The notes under the pieces: model-generated
Told to the model about the DNA's origin: nothing
What the model saw: only the letters and a program-made list of their open reading frames with translations
Database searches by the model: none
Source: Candidatus Latescibacterota bacterium
GTDB lineage: Bacteria; Latescibacterota; UBA2968; UBA8231
Length of the DNA: 64,000 bases
Direction: 5' to 3'
Assembly (NCBI GenBank): GCA_965203355.1
Contig: OZ241889.1
Location: forward strand, 896,001 to 960,000
Made by a program: the position numbers and the translations under genes
Shown: positions 38,002 through 46,866 of the stretch, one piece after another
Layout: every line of letters begins with the position of its first letter
Numbering within the stretch: position 1 is the first letter of the stretch

Positions 38002-38228
38002 TATACCTCAGTCAGCTCAGGAACGTGTTCTTCCTCATATTTCTCAATCAGCACACTTATGACCTCCATTAGTGAGGCTAGGGGATGATTTTCTTCCTCG
38101 CCTACTACATCAATCAAATCGTCTAATACAGTTACAAGCCGTTGATATTCGCTTTCTGCATGGGGGACGAATACAACGGGGGTCAGCATGGGCCATACGT
38201 CTTGAGCGGTTTGTATTTTTGCTTCCAT
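38001..38228 (-). CDS. HigA-type antitoxin, N-terminal domain only (no HTH)
   Basis: EY..L..LDDLID.VGE.ENHPLASLME....LIEKYE; directly downstream of a higB remnant. Confidence 0.7.
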   Translation of the reverse strand: MEAKIQTAQDVWPMLTPVVFVPHAESEYQRLVTVLDDLIDVVGEEENHPLASLMEVISVLIEKYEEEHVPELTEV

Positions 38229-38231
38229 AAT

Positions 38232-38346
38232 TTACTCTTTCCATTTTCCCTTATTATACTCATTGTGCGTTAGTATTGCACGAATATAGATTTTCCGTCG
38301 GTTATAATGTACCGCTGCGATAAGACGCGCCTTGTTACCACCAATT
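38232..38346 (-). pseudogene. 3' half of a HigB toxin gene
   Basis: IGGNKARLIAAVHYNRRKIYIRAILTHNEYNKGKWKE*. The upstream frame is unrelated, has no ATG and hits a stop. Confidence 0.8.
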
Positions 38347-38418
38347 GGAGAATTATCTCCACGTAATCGGCGTATAAAAGGACCTTTGTTTTTGTCTGTT
38401 TCGCAATACCTTCCTTTA

Positions 38419-38525
38419 CTCGTCGCTCGTTGCCCCCAAATAGGTATGGTTAGCCAAGTAAAGACTGAGGAGGAAGCATTGAAAAAACCTCAAAGAGACT
38501 ACCGAGCTGTACTGGGAAGAAGTCG
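38419..38525 (+). pseudogene. Frameshifted HicB remnant
   Basis: LVARCPQIGMVSQVKTEEEAL / KNLKETTELYWEEV, joined across one extra A in an A6 run; aligns with hicB at 1598-1795. Confidence 0.7.
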
Positions 38526-38568
38526 CAACCCCCGAAAGTTCAGGAGATTCGGGCAAGTCCGCCCGCCC

Positions 38569-40233
38569 CTAGCTCTTGCGCGTCTCCAAGTGCGACGGCA
38601 GCCAGCCGACAACGGCCTGTTCGGAGTCTTCGTTCCAAAAGAAATACAGCCGAAAACAACGGCGCACATCGCGTGTGCTCCCCTTCTTCAAGTGTCGGTT
38701 GAGCAGATGCCGCTGACCAGCGTAGCGCACGAAATACATGTCGCCGTGTTGTCCGTGCCCATCTCCGGCAAAAGTTTGGGTCTCCTCGATGTTCAAGTTC
38801 AAACAAGCCTGCTTGAAAGCGCCGACTTTAGAAGACCCGAAGCGCCGCATGGGAACGTAGTAGTCTCGGAGCAGAAGTAGAGCTTTGTACAGGAAAGTAA
38901 GGTCTTCGTATTTGCTTTTTTTGGCGGCGTGTTTAGCGCGTGGCAGCACTTCGACAACCCCCGCAAGATTTTTGTCGCACCACTCATCAAAGCCGTTCAG
39001 GTCGCTGGGAATCTCCGGCTCTTTTGGGCTTGGCCTGTCGGCTGATGCCCTTTCGAGCATTTCTACGCGGGCGCGTAAGTTCCGCGCACGTTGAGTCGCA
39101 GTCGCTGCCTTGGCTAAGGCTATATCGCGCTCTTGCTCTACGGACTTCAGAACGCCTTCAAAAGTCTCTTCCATCTCTTCGCGCTCGTCTTGGAGCTCGA
39201 AGAGATGGGCCTCGGCCAGTTCGAGCCTTTCTTCCATGCTTGCATTCGCCGCCTTGGCTTGCTCTCGGCGACGCTCGGTTGCCAGCCGCCGAATTTTGGC
39301 AAAGGACGGGAAGTCGCTGTCGGAATCTGAACGCTCGACCGTGTCTTTTAATACGCGGTCCGCCAAAAACTCCGCGTACGCCGCACGGCCTCCGTCCCAA
39401 TTCTGAATGCGCCGGGCCGTTGCCCAAGGGTGTTGATGCGGTTCATCCTCGGGACTAAAACTCGGGCGATAGTTTCTGACGGCTCCATTGAATACAGAAA
39501 ATTCTCGCCCAAGCTCGTGGGTCAAGCGAAAGGTGGCCGGCGCGGTGATGACCGCTACGTGGGCGGTGCCAAAAGTCCTACGGCATAGATCGTCAATCGG
39601 GAATGCTGCGTCTTTGGCATCGGTGGAGCCTGTAGGTAGCGCCGCGACAATAACAGCGGCCCGGCGCGTTGCGTCGCGAATTAAGGCGCACAGCAATGGA
39701 ACTTCGTCGCTAGCAACGAGCCACGGAGCTGGACGCAATACCCGACGATCCAGCAAGCCGGTGCCGATGTTTGCGAGCTGCCGGACGAGATCGGGAATGT
39801 AGCGCTTGATGGGGATATGGGTTCCGCGCTTGGTACACACGAGGCGGGTGCTGACGGCGATTTCTCGCTCGGCTAACCGCTTTAGCCCGACCTCTGTAAC
39901 CCACGTGAGTTGTGGAACGGACTTGTCGGCGTCGTCGAGCCGCGCTACCCAAGTCGCTGGATTGTCCAACGACACGGCCGCGGCGTACTGGGCTCCAATT
40001 TTCTCGGTCTCAAAGGGCTGCCCTTTCCAAGCCTGCGAGGGCAGCGGTTGGCCAACGCGCTCGGCTATCCATCGCAAGACCGCTTTCTGGGCCATTGCGA
40101 AAGGAGCGTTGCCGTTGTGTACGCGGACCTTGATGGAAATTTGGCTGACCGGCAACACAGACGAGTACTGCTCCTGCATACTCGCTTGTACGGGCCGCAA
40201 CTGGTCTGCCAACGATGTGTTGTAAGGACTCAT
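38569..40233 (-). CDS. Uncharacterised defence-like protein: N-terminal domains, coiled coil and RelE-like C-terminal domain
   Basis: Coiled coil around residues 320-400; C-terminal HLKKG.TRD.RRCFRLYFFW...VVGWLPSHL. The start at 40233 is inferred. Confidence 0.55.
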   Translation of the reverse strand: MSPYNTSLADQLRPVQASMQEQYSSVLPVSQISIKVRVHNGNAPFAMAQKAVLRWIAERVGQPLPSQAWKGQPFETEKIGAQYAAAVSLDNPATWVARLDDADKSVPQLTWVTEVGLKRLAEREIAVSTRLVCTKRGTHIPIKRYIPDLVRQLANIGTGLLDRRVLRPAPWLVASDEVPLLCALIRDATRRAAVIVAALPTGSTDAKDAAFPIDDLCRRTFGTAHVAVITAPATFRLTHELGREFSVFNGAVRNYRPSFSPEDEPHQHPWATARRIQNWDGGRAAYAEFLADRVLKDTVERSDSDSDFPSFAKIRRLATERRREQAKAANASMEERLELAEAHLFELQDEREEMEETFEGVLKSVEQERDIALAKAATATQRARNLRARVEMLERASADRPSPKEPEIPSDLNGFDEWCDKNLAGVVEVLPRAKHAAKKSKYEDLTFLYKALLLLRDYYVPMRRFGSSKVGAFKQACLNLNIEETQTFAGDGHGQHGDMYFVRYAGQRHLLNRHLKKGSTRDVRRCFRLYFFWNEDSEQAVVGWLPSHLETRKS

Positions 40234-40270
40234 CGAACCTACTTCTGCCGAATCAAATAACAGAGTGGAA

Positions 40271-41407
40271 CTATGCAGCCAGTGCCTGCGCAAAGTCCGC
40301 ACACAAATCCGCGGCGGCCTCAATGCCGCATGACACGCGGACCAAGCCGTCGGCGATGCCCATAGCCGTCCGCTCCGCTCGACTCAAGCCGCTGTGCGAC
40401 GTGGTGACTGGCCGAGTAATGAGCGTTTCTACCCCGCCGAGACTGGGGGCTGACGCCGGCAGAACCAGCTTGGACAGCAAGCGCTCGGCCGCCTCCACGC
40501 CCCCGCACAACTCAAAGCTCAACACGCCACCCGCCCCGGCAAATAGCCGCTGCGCCCGCTCGTATTGCGGATGGCTTTTCAGCCTTGGGTAATTAACCTG
40601 CGTCACCTGCGCCTGCTCGGCTAAAAAGCGCGCCAACCGCAACCCATTTTCGTCGTGCTGCCGCATCCTCAGCGACAGCGTCTTCAAGCCCCGTTGCAGC
40701 AAAAAGCAGGCGTGGACATCCAGCGAGCCGCCCAAGTGATTCAGCTTGTGTCGAATGGCTTTGACGTGCTCAGCCGAGCCGACGACCACGCCCGCGACGA
40801 GGTCTGAATGGCCGTTGAGATACTTGGTCGCGCTGTGTAGTTCTAGGTCAAATCCGATTTCCAGCGGGCGGAAGTTGCACGGCAAGGCAAAGGTATTGTC
40901 GATCAGCGACACGAGCCCGTGGGCGCGGGCAAATTCCACGACCGCCTCTAGATCGGCGACTTCGAGCAGCGGATTGGTCATGGTCTCCACGTAAATCGCC
41001 CGGGTCTCGGGTCGCAGCTTGGCGGCCCACGTCTCAGGCGCATTGCCCGCGATAAAGTCGTAGCTCAGCCCCAAGCCCGGCGCGTCCTGCGTCACAAAGC
41101 TGTGTGTGCCGCCGTAGAGGCAGTCTTGGATTAGCAGGTGATCGCCGCTGTTGAGCATGGCTATCAATGCGGTGGTGATCGCCGCCATCCCGGAGCTGGC
41201 GACCAAGGCGTCCTCGCCGCCGCAGATGGCGGCCAGTTTGGCGTGCAATGCGCGGTGGTTGGGCGTGTTGTTGAGGCGGAGATAGCGGACGGCGTCGTAG
41301 CCCTGCTCGTCTTGCGAGACAAAAGTCGAGCTCTGGAAGATCGGCGTCACCACGGCCCCGTTGATGCGCTCCTCGCCAGCGTGGACGAGGCGGGTCTGAA
41401 TGTCCAT
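40271..41407 (-). CDS. Cys/Met metabolism PLP enzyme (cystathionine gamma-lyase/synthase family)
   Basis: PIFQSSTF, SSGMAAI, YGGT, DNTFA, HSATKYLNGHSD, SLGGVETL. Confidence 0.93.
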   Translation of the reverse strand: MDIQTRLVHAGEERINGAVVTPIFQSSTFVSQDEQGYDAVRYLRLNNTPNHRALHAKLAAICGGEDALVASSGMAAITTALIAMLNSGDHLLIQDCLYGGTHSFVTQDAPGLGLSYDFIAGNAPETWAAKLRPETRAIYVETMTNPLLEVADLEAVVEFARAHGLVSLIDNTFALPCNFRPLEIGFDLELHSATKYLNGHSDLVAGVVVGSAEHVKAIRHKLNHLGGSLDVHACFLLQRGLKTLSLRMRQHDENGLRLARFLAEQAQVTQVNYPRLKSHPQYERAQRLFAGAGGVLSFELCGGVEAAERLLSKLVLPASAPSLGGVETLITRPVTTSHSGLSRAERTAMGIADGLVRVSCGIEAAADLCADFAQALAA

Positions 41408-41426
41408 TGAGATTTCCTTAGCTGGT

Positions 41427-43502
41427 TTACCGGGCAAATTGGGTGAGCAATCGCTCGTATAGCCGAGTGAAATCCCGGCGGCCATTGTCGCGGTTGTAAG
41501 CGTAGCACATGGGGTTGGGGTTGATTTCTATAATGGAGAAACCGTCCGCGCCGTGAATGAGGTCAATGGCGTAAAAACCGAGCCAGTATATGCCGGCCAC
41601 TTGCGCGGTTAGCTGCTGCATGTGCGCTAGCAGGGCCGCGTCCTCCACGCGCACGGCCCGCCCGGTGGCCTGATGCAGCGGATTGAGATCTCCATCGGCA
41701 CCTACGGCCTCGCTCTCCTTGCGGTAGGCCAGCAACAGTTCGGCGCGGCTGGCGACGACCCGATACTCCGGCCCGGCCACGTATTGCTGGGCCAGCGCGA
41801 TATTGTCCAAAAAGCCGCTGTTGGCAAAGAGGCATTCGAGCCGCTGGCCGAGGTCTGTTGCGTTGCGTTCCAAGAACACGCCCTGCGCCAGCGAGCTACG
41901 ACACTTTTTGACCAACAAGGGGAACTCGAACCGCGCTACTATCTCCTCGACGATCTCCGCGATTGAAGTGTGCGTCTTGTAGCGGTCGAAGCGCGCGTCG
42001 GCCAGCGGATTGAAGAGCTTGAGCGTATCCGGGACTGGCAAGCCGGCGGCGGCGAAATCCTCGTATTGGTACGCCTTGTCTTCGGCGAGCCGGGCTTCGA
42101 CGTAGTCGTTGAAGGGATGCTTGTTGCGCCAGAAGCGGAGGGGCCGCCGTCCGCCCGACAGCTTGAGCCGTGTGCGGTCGTCTGAGATCCACGCGCAGAT
42201 GAGTCCCTGTCGCCGGGCCGCCTCGGCGACACATTCCAGATTCTCCAGTGCCATGTCTTCGGTGATGCCGTCGCGCGCGCCGGGCAGGTTGAAAAATTCC
42301 CGCGCCCGCGCTACCAAGTGCAGCGACCCGGCCACGCAGACTCGGCCTTTGCGCCCGGCTAACGTCAAAGCGCGCTGGAATGCTTGGCCGTTTGCTGGCA
42401 CCTGCTCGATGGCTAGCCCGTCCGGCGCTAGGCTTGCTAGCCCGGCTGGGTCTTGCGCCTGTGGATGGTCCGACGAAGTCAGCAAGACCCGCTGTGCCAC
42501 CGGCGCTAGGGCGCGCAAAATCCCGGCGGCATCGTGCCCTGTTCCCACGCCGACGACTAGGACCCATGCGTCGCCAGTCAGCCGCTGTAACTCCCCAGCC
42601 AACGCCGCGGCCGCCGCTGGATTGTGTGCGCCATCGAGCAAGACCAAGGGCTTCTCGCGCGCCACTTCAAAACGGCCCGGCCAGCGATGGGCCGCGGCGA
42701 CTTGGTGCGCTATGGCGTCGTCTAGGCCCCGGACGAGTTCCTGCGCCGCAGCAAGAGCCAGCCGCGCATTTTCCGCGTAGGTCGCCGGACGGCCCGTTAG
42801 GCACTCCGCTCCGGCGATTTGCAACTTCACGGCTCGTTTTGTGACGGTCTGTCGGATTAGGTCCATCACCTCGGGGGGCTGCGCCGCCGTAGTAATGAGC
42901 GGGCGACCCGCCCGGGCGATGTGCAGCTTGTCAGCGGCGATTGCCGCCAAAGTATGGCCCAGCAGATCCACGTGGTCTAGGCCGATGGCCGTCAGAATGG
43001 CCATCTCCGAGTCCCAAGCGTTGGTCGCGTCGTAGCGCCCCCCAAGCCCGACCTCAAAAACCCCGAACTCCACGCCCTGCTGAGCGAAGAGATGGGCCGC
43101 AAGGCCGGTCAGGGCCTCGAACTTGCTAAACGAACCCAAGGCCTCCCGGCCAAAATCGCGGGTGCAATCGTCGAGACGCGCCACCGCGTCGGCCCATTGT
43201 TCCTTGCTGAGAATCTCGCCGTCAATGCGGATCCGCTCGCGCTGGGTGTGCAGGTGCGGCGAAGTGTACAGCCCGGCCTGGTGGCCGTGTGCCTTTAGGA
43301 TGGCGGCGAGCAAGCTGGCGACCGTCCCTTTGCCGTTGGTGCCGCCGACAATGACTGAGCGGAAGCGCGTCTGCGGGTCGCCGAGGCGCGCTAGTAGGGC
43401 GCGCATCCTCGGCAGGTACGCCTCGATTGGCCCGAGTGCTGGACGGCCGACCTCCCAGTCGGGCAAGGTGTCCAAATAGCGTTTGGCGCGAAAGTAATCC
43501 AT
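41427..43502 (-). CDS. folC: Folylpolyglutamate synthase/dihydrofolate synthase fused to a C-terminal ATP-grasp domain
   Basis: GTNGKGT, YTSPHL....ERI, EVGLGGRYDATN, LDH, WPGRFE, LDGAHNP; then EDKAY, FPLLVK..SS.AQGV, QQYV.G.EYRV, AIDLI, IEINPNP. Confidence 0.85.
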   Translation of the reverse strand: MDYFRAKRYLDTLPDWEVGRPALGPIEAYLPRMRALLARLGDPQTRFRSVIVGGTNGKGTVASLLAAILKAHGHQAGLYTSPHLHTQRERIRIDGEILSKEQWADAVARLDDCTRDFGREALGSFSKFEALTGLAAHLFAQQGVEFGVFEVGLGGRYDATNAWDSEMAILTAIGLDHVDLLGHTLAAIAADKLHIARAGRPLITTAAQPPEVMDLIRQTVTKRAVKLQIAGAECLTGRPATYAENARLALAAAQELVRGLDDAIAHQVAAAHRWPGRFEVAREKPLVLLDGAHNPAAAAALAGELQRLTGDAWVLVVGVGTGHDAAGILRALAPVAQRVLLTSSDHPQAQDPAGLASLAPDGLAIEQVPANGQAFQRALTLAGRKGRVCVAGSLHLVARAREFFNLPGARDGITEDMALENLECVAEAARRQGLICAWISDDRTRLKLSGGRRPLRFWRNKHPFNDYVEARLAEDKAYQYEDFAAAGLPVPDTLKLFNPLADARFDRYKTHTSIAEIVEEIVARFEFPLLVKKCRSSLAQGVFLERNATDLGQRLECLFANSGFLDNIALAQQYVAGPEYRVVASRAELLLAYRKESEAVGADGDLNPLHQATGRAVRVEDAALLAHMQQLTAQVAGIYWLGFYAIDLIHGADGFSIIEINPNPMCYAYNRDNGRRDFTRLYERLLTQFAR

Positions 43503-43520
43503 GGGGTGGGAAGATGCGGA

Positions 43521-44579
43521 TCAACCACCGCGGGTGTGCATCTCGCGGTGCGGGTCGGCTTGCAATTCTGCGACTTGATAGAGCACGCCGCGGTGCGGGT
43601 CGTCGTGCCGCTCTTCGGCGCTGCGGTCCGTCCGCCCCGCCCACCCCACGCGAAGGTGCCGCACCAGCCGATCGCGGTCTGCTCCGTTGCGCAGCAAAGG
43701 CTTCAGGTCTGTGCCCTGCTGAGCATAGAGGCACAAGTACCACAGGCCGTCGGCCGTCAGGCGGCTGCGGTCGCAGGCCCCGCAAAACGGCTCGGTGACC
43801 GACGCGACAATGCCAAAGCGCGTGCCATCGCGCAGGCGAAAGCACGCTGCGGGCGCAGAGCCGCGCCCGGCCTCGCGCTCGATAGGCCCGTAGTGCGCTT
43901 CCAGCCTCGCTAGCATCTCCTGCTGCGACACCACCGCTCCGAGTGACCAATGCGTGGCCCCGCCGACATCCATGTATTCGATGAAGCGGACCTCCGCGCC
44001 GATCTCCCGTCCAAATTCGAGCAGATCCACTAGCTCGTCGTCGTTGAAGCCGCGCATTACGACCGAATTGATCTTGATCGCGTCAAAGCCAGTTGCCGCG
44101 GCAGCGCGGATTCCCGCTAGCACCTTGGCGTGCGCGACCCGCCGCGTCAGCGTCTCAAAGCGCGCCGGTTGCAGCGAATCTAGGCTGACGGTGATCCGCT
44201 GGAGTCCGGCTTCCCGCAGCGGCTCAGCCCGCCGGGCCAACTGCCTTGCATTCGTCGTCAGCGCGAGGTCCTCGACCAGTGGAAGCCGGGCGAGCCGGGC
44301 GACGAGTTCGATCAGATCGGCGCGCAACAGCGGCTCGCCGCCGGTCAGGCGTACGCTGCGGACGCCCACTTGGCAAAAGGCATCGACCACGCGCTCGAGC
44401 TCGGAGACGTTGAGCATGTCTTCGCTCGGCAGCCAAGTGTAGTGCTCTTCGGGCATGCAGTACTGGCAGCGCAGATCGCAGCGGTCGATCACCGACACGC
44501 GCAAAGAGGCCAACGGGCGGCCCAAAAGATCGCGCACTAACTCGGTTTTGGCGGGCGTTTCAAGGGTCATAAAAGGCAT
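43521..44579 (-). CDS. moaA: GTP 3',8-cyclase
   Basis: LRVSVIDRCDLRCQYCMP, LTGGEP, RFIEYM, FC.ACDR.RLTADG...CL, C-terminal GG. Confidence 0.96.
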   Translation of the reverse strand: MPFMTLETPAKTELVRDLLGRPLASLRVSVIDRCDLRCQYCMPEEHYTWLPSEDMLNVSELERVVDAFCQVGVRSVRLTGGEPLLRADLIELVARLARLPLVEDLALTTNARQLARRAEPLREAGLQRITVSLDSLQPARFETLTRRVAHAKVLAGIRAAAATGFDAIKINSVVMRGFNDDELVDLLEFGREIGAEVRFIEYMDVGGATHWSLGAVVSQQEMLARLEAHYGPIEREAGRGSAPAACFRLRDGTRFGIVASVTEPFCGACDRSRLTADGLWYLCLYAQQGTDLKPLLRNGADRDRLVRHLRVGWAGRTDRSAEERHDDPHRGVLYQVAELQADPHREMHTRGG

Positions 44580-44758
44580 CCACAGATGGCGTTAAATCGC
44601 GACTTGGAAATATAGAGATTCTATAATAGTGGGCAATGTTGGGCGCCGTCGGCGCGTTCTTGCTGTACGGCAGTCGGCGCGTGATATTAGATACCTTGGT
44701 ACCGCCCGTCGTTGCGGGCGGAGCGTAGGACCTTGCACCGCGCAACGAGAGGGATTTG

Positions 44759-45655
44759 ATGAGTGCTACTGCTGCGATCCAAGCGATGCTCGCCGAGCAC
44801 GGGTATGTCGCCGATCGCCAAGTCGTTATGTCCGTGTACCTCGCGCAGACCTTGGAGCGTCCCTTGCTCATTGAGGGGCCGGCTGGCGTCGGCAAAACCG
44901 AGGTCGCCAAGGTGGTAGCCCGCGCCCTCGACACCGAGCTGATCCGCTTGCAGTGCTACGAGGGGCTAGATGTCCACGCCGCGCTGTACGAGTGGAACTA
45001 CCAACGCCAACTCTTGCACATCAAGCTCGACGAGAAGAGCCAACGCCCGCTCGCCGAGCGCGAGGCCGCCCTGTTCTCCGAGGGCTTCCTGCTCAAGCGT
45101 CCCTTGCTGCAAGCCATCACCCAGCCCGTCCCGCCGGTGCTGCTGATCGACGAACTCGACCGGGCCGACGAGGAGTTTGAGAGTTTCCTGCTCGAAGTGC
45201 TGTCCGACTGGCAGATTACCATCCCGGAAATCGGCACCATCCACGCGGCCGCCCGGCCGCACGTGATCCTGACCAGCAACCGCACCCGCGAGCTTTCCGA
45301 CGCGGTGCGCCGACGCTGCTTCTACCTGTGGATTGACTACCCGGAATTTGCCAAGGAAGTGGAGATCGTGCGCCGCAAGGTCGCGGGGATCGACAGCCAA
45401 CTCGCCGAGCAGATCTGCCGCTTTATGGAAAAGATCCGCATGCAGCGCCTCGAAAAGGTTCCCGGCGTCTCCGAGACCCTCGACTGGGCCAAGGCACTCG
45501 TCGCCCTGCATCAGCACCATCTCGACCTCGAAGTCGTGGCGGATACCTTGGGCATTGTGTTCAAGGACCAACGCGACGTGGCGCAAGTAAAACAATCGCT
45601 GGCTGAGTTTTTGGCGGGATTGGGAGTCCGCGCCAAGCCAACTCCACAACGATGA
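44759..45655 (+). CDS. MoxR/CoxD-type AAA+ ATPase
   Basis: EGPAGVGKT, RLQCYEG, EWNY.RQ, LIDELDRADEEFE, TSNRTRELSDA.RRRC. Confidence 0.92.
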   Translation: MSATAAIQAMLAEHGYVADRQVVMSVYLAQTLERPLLIEGPAGVGKTEVAKVVARALDTELIRLQCYEGLDVHAALYEWNYQRQLLHIKLDEKSQRPLAEREAALFSEGFLLKRPLLQAITQPVPPVLLIDELDRADEEFESFLLEVLSDWQITIPEIGTIHAAARPHVILTSNRTRELSDAVRRRCFYLWIDYPEFAKEVEIVRRKVAGIDSQLAEQICRFMEKIRMQRLEKVPGVSETLDWAKALVALHQHHLDLEVVADTLGIVFKDQRDVAQVKQSLAEFLAGLGVRAKPTPQR

Positions 45656-46866
45656 ATCGCCCGATCGACGATATCGCCCTGCACGGCGCGTTGAGCGCGA
45701 ATGTGGTCGGCTTTTGCCGCCTGTTGCGTGCCCAGCGTTCTGGCGTGGCCTTGGACGAGGAGCAAGACGCGCTCCGCGCTCTCGCGGCCATTGACCTGTC
45801 AGACCCGGAGGACTTTCGGCGCAGCCTGCGGACGGTCTTGGCTAAGACGCCGTCCGAGCAGAAGCGCTTTGATGCGCTGTTTGATGTCTATTGGTCCGTA
45901 TGGGATCGCGCTGATGAACTGGGTCAGCCCGCGCCGGCTGCCTCTGAACAGGCCCGCGCTAGCCAACCCGGCAAAAATGGCCTGACCAGCATCCGCGATT
46001 GGCTCAAACAGGGCACGCCGATCGAAGAGGAGCGCGAGGCCGCCGGATACAGCCCCATCGAAGTCCGGACAAAGCGCGACTTTAAGGACTTTAACGCCGA
46101 AGAATTGGCGGAGATTGGGCGGCTGCTGCAAGCCATTGCTCGCGCACTCGCCGCGCGCTTCAGCCGCCGCTACCGGCCCACCCGCCCGCCGGGTCGCCTC
46201 GATTTGCGGCGCACCCTCCGCGCCAGTCTGCGCCGAGGCGGTGAATTGCTGAACCTGTCTTATTGCCGCCGCGCCCGCCAGAAGCCCAAGCTGGTCTTGT
46301 TGTGCGATGTCAGTAAGTCCATGGACCTGTACAGTCGCTTCTTGATCCAGTTTATGTACGCCTTCCAAAACGCCTATCGCCGCATGGAGACGTTTGTGTT
46401 TGCGACCTCGCTCCACCACGTCGCGCCCCTGTTGAGAGGCAACGACTTGAGCGCGGGCCTAGATGCGATTGCCGTGCAGGTGCCGGGCTGGTCGGGCGGT
46501 ACGCGCATTGGGGCCGCGCTGGAGACCTTCCTCGGCGAACACGCCGCTCTCGTCGATCGCCAGACCGCGCTGATCATCGTCAGCGATGGCTGGGACACCG
46601 GCGACATTGAGATGCTCAAAGCAAGTATGCGTGCGTTGCAGCGCCGCAGCCGCTGTCTCATCTGGCTCAACCCCCTGTTGGGCAGCCCGGACTACCGGCC
46701 CGCCACGCGCGGGATGCAGGCCGCCTTGCCGTACATCGACCTCTTTGCCTCGGCTCACAATATCGACAGCCTCAAGGCACTTGTCGGATACCTGATGACG
46801 CTGCGCGGTGAGACGGCCGCGCCGCCGAGGGCCGACTGGTACCGGCGCTTTGGAGTGCAGCCGTGA
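45652..46866 (+). CDS. CoxE-like VWA domain protein
   Basis: LDLRRTLR, CDVS.SM..YS, WSGGTRIG, SDGWD, WLNPL. Confidence 0.9.
   Translation: MNRPIDDIALHGALSANVVGFCRLLRAQRSGVALDEEQDALRALAAIDLSDPEDFRRSLRTVLAKTPSEQKRFDALFDVYWSVWDRADELGQPAPAASEQARASQPGKNGLTSIRDWLKQGTPIEEEREAAGYSPIEVRTKRDFKDFNAEELAEIGRLLQAIARALAARFSRRYRPTRPPGRLDLRRTLRASLRRGGELLNLSYCRRARQKPKLVLLCDVSKSMDLYSRFLIQFMYAFQNAYRRMETFVFATSLHHVAPLLRGNDLSAGLDAIAVQVPGWSGGTRIGAALETFLGEHAALVDRQTALIIVSDGWDTGDIEMLKASMRALQRRSRCLIWLNPLLGSPDYRPATRGMQAALPYIDLFASAHNIDSLKALVGYLMTLRGETAAPPRADWYRRFGVQP

Noticed and set aside
38332-38880. 182-aa plus-strand ORF
   Set aside because: A chimera of a frameshifted hicB remnant and the antisense of the 554-aa gene; not a real full-length gene.
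36900-40270. Integron cassette array
   Set aside because: No integron integrase and no convincing attC sites (RYYYAAC...GTTRRRY palindromes) were seen.
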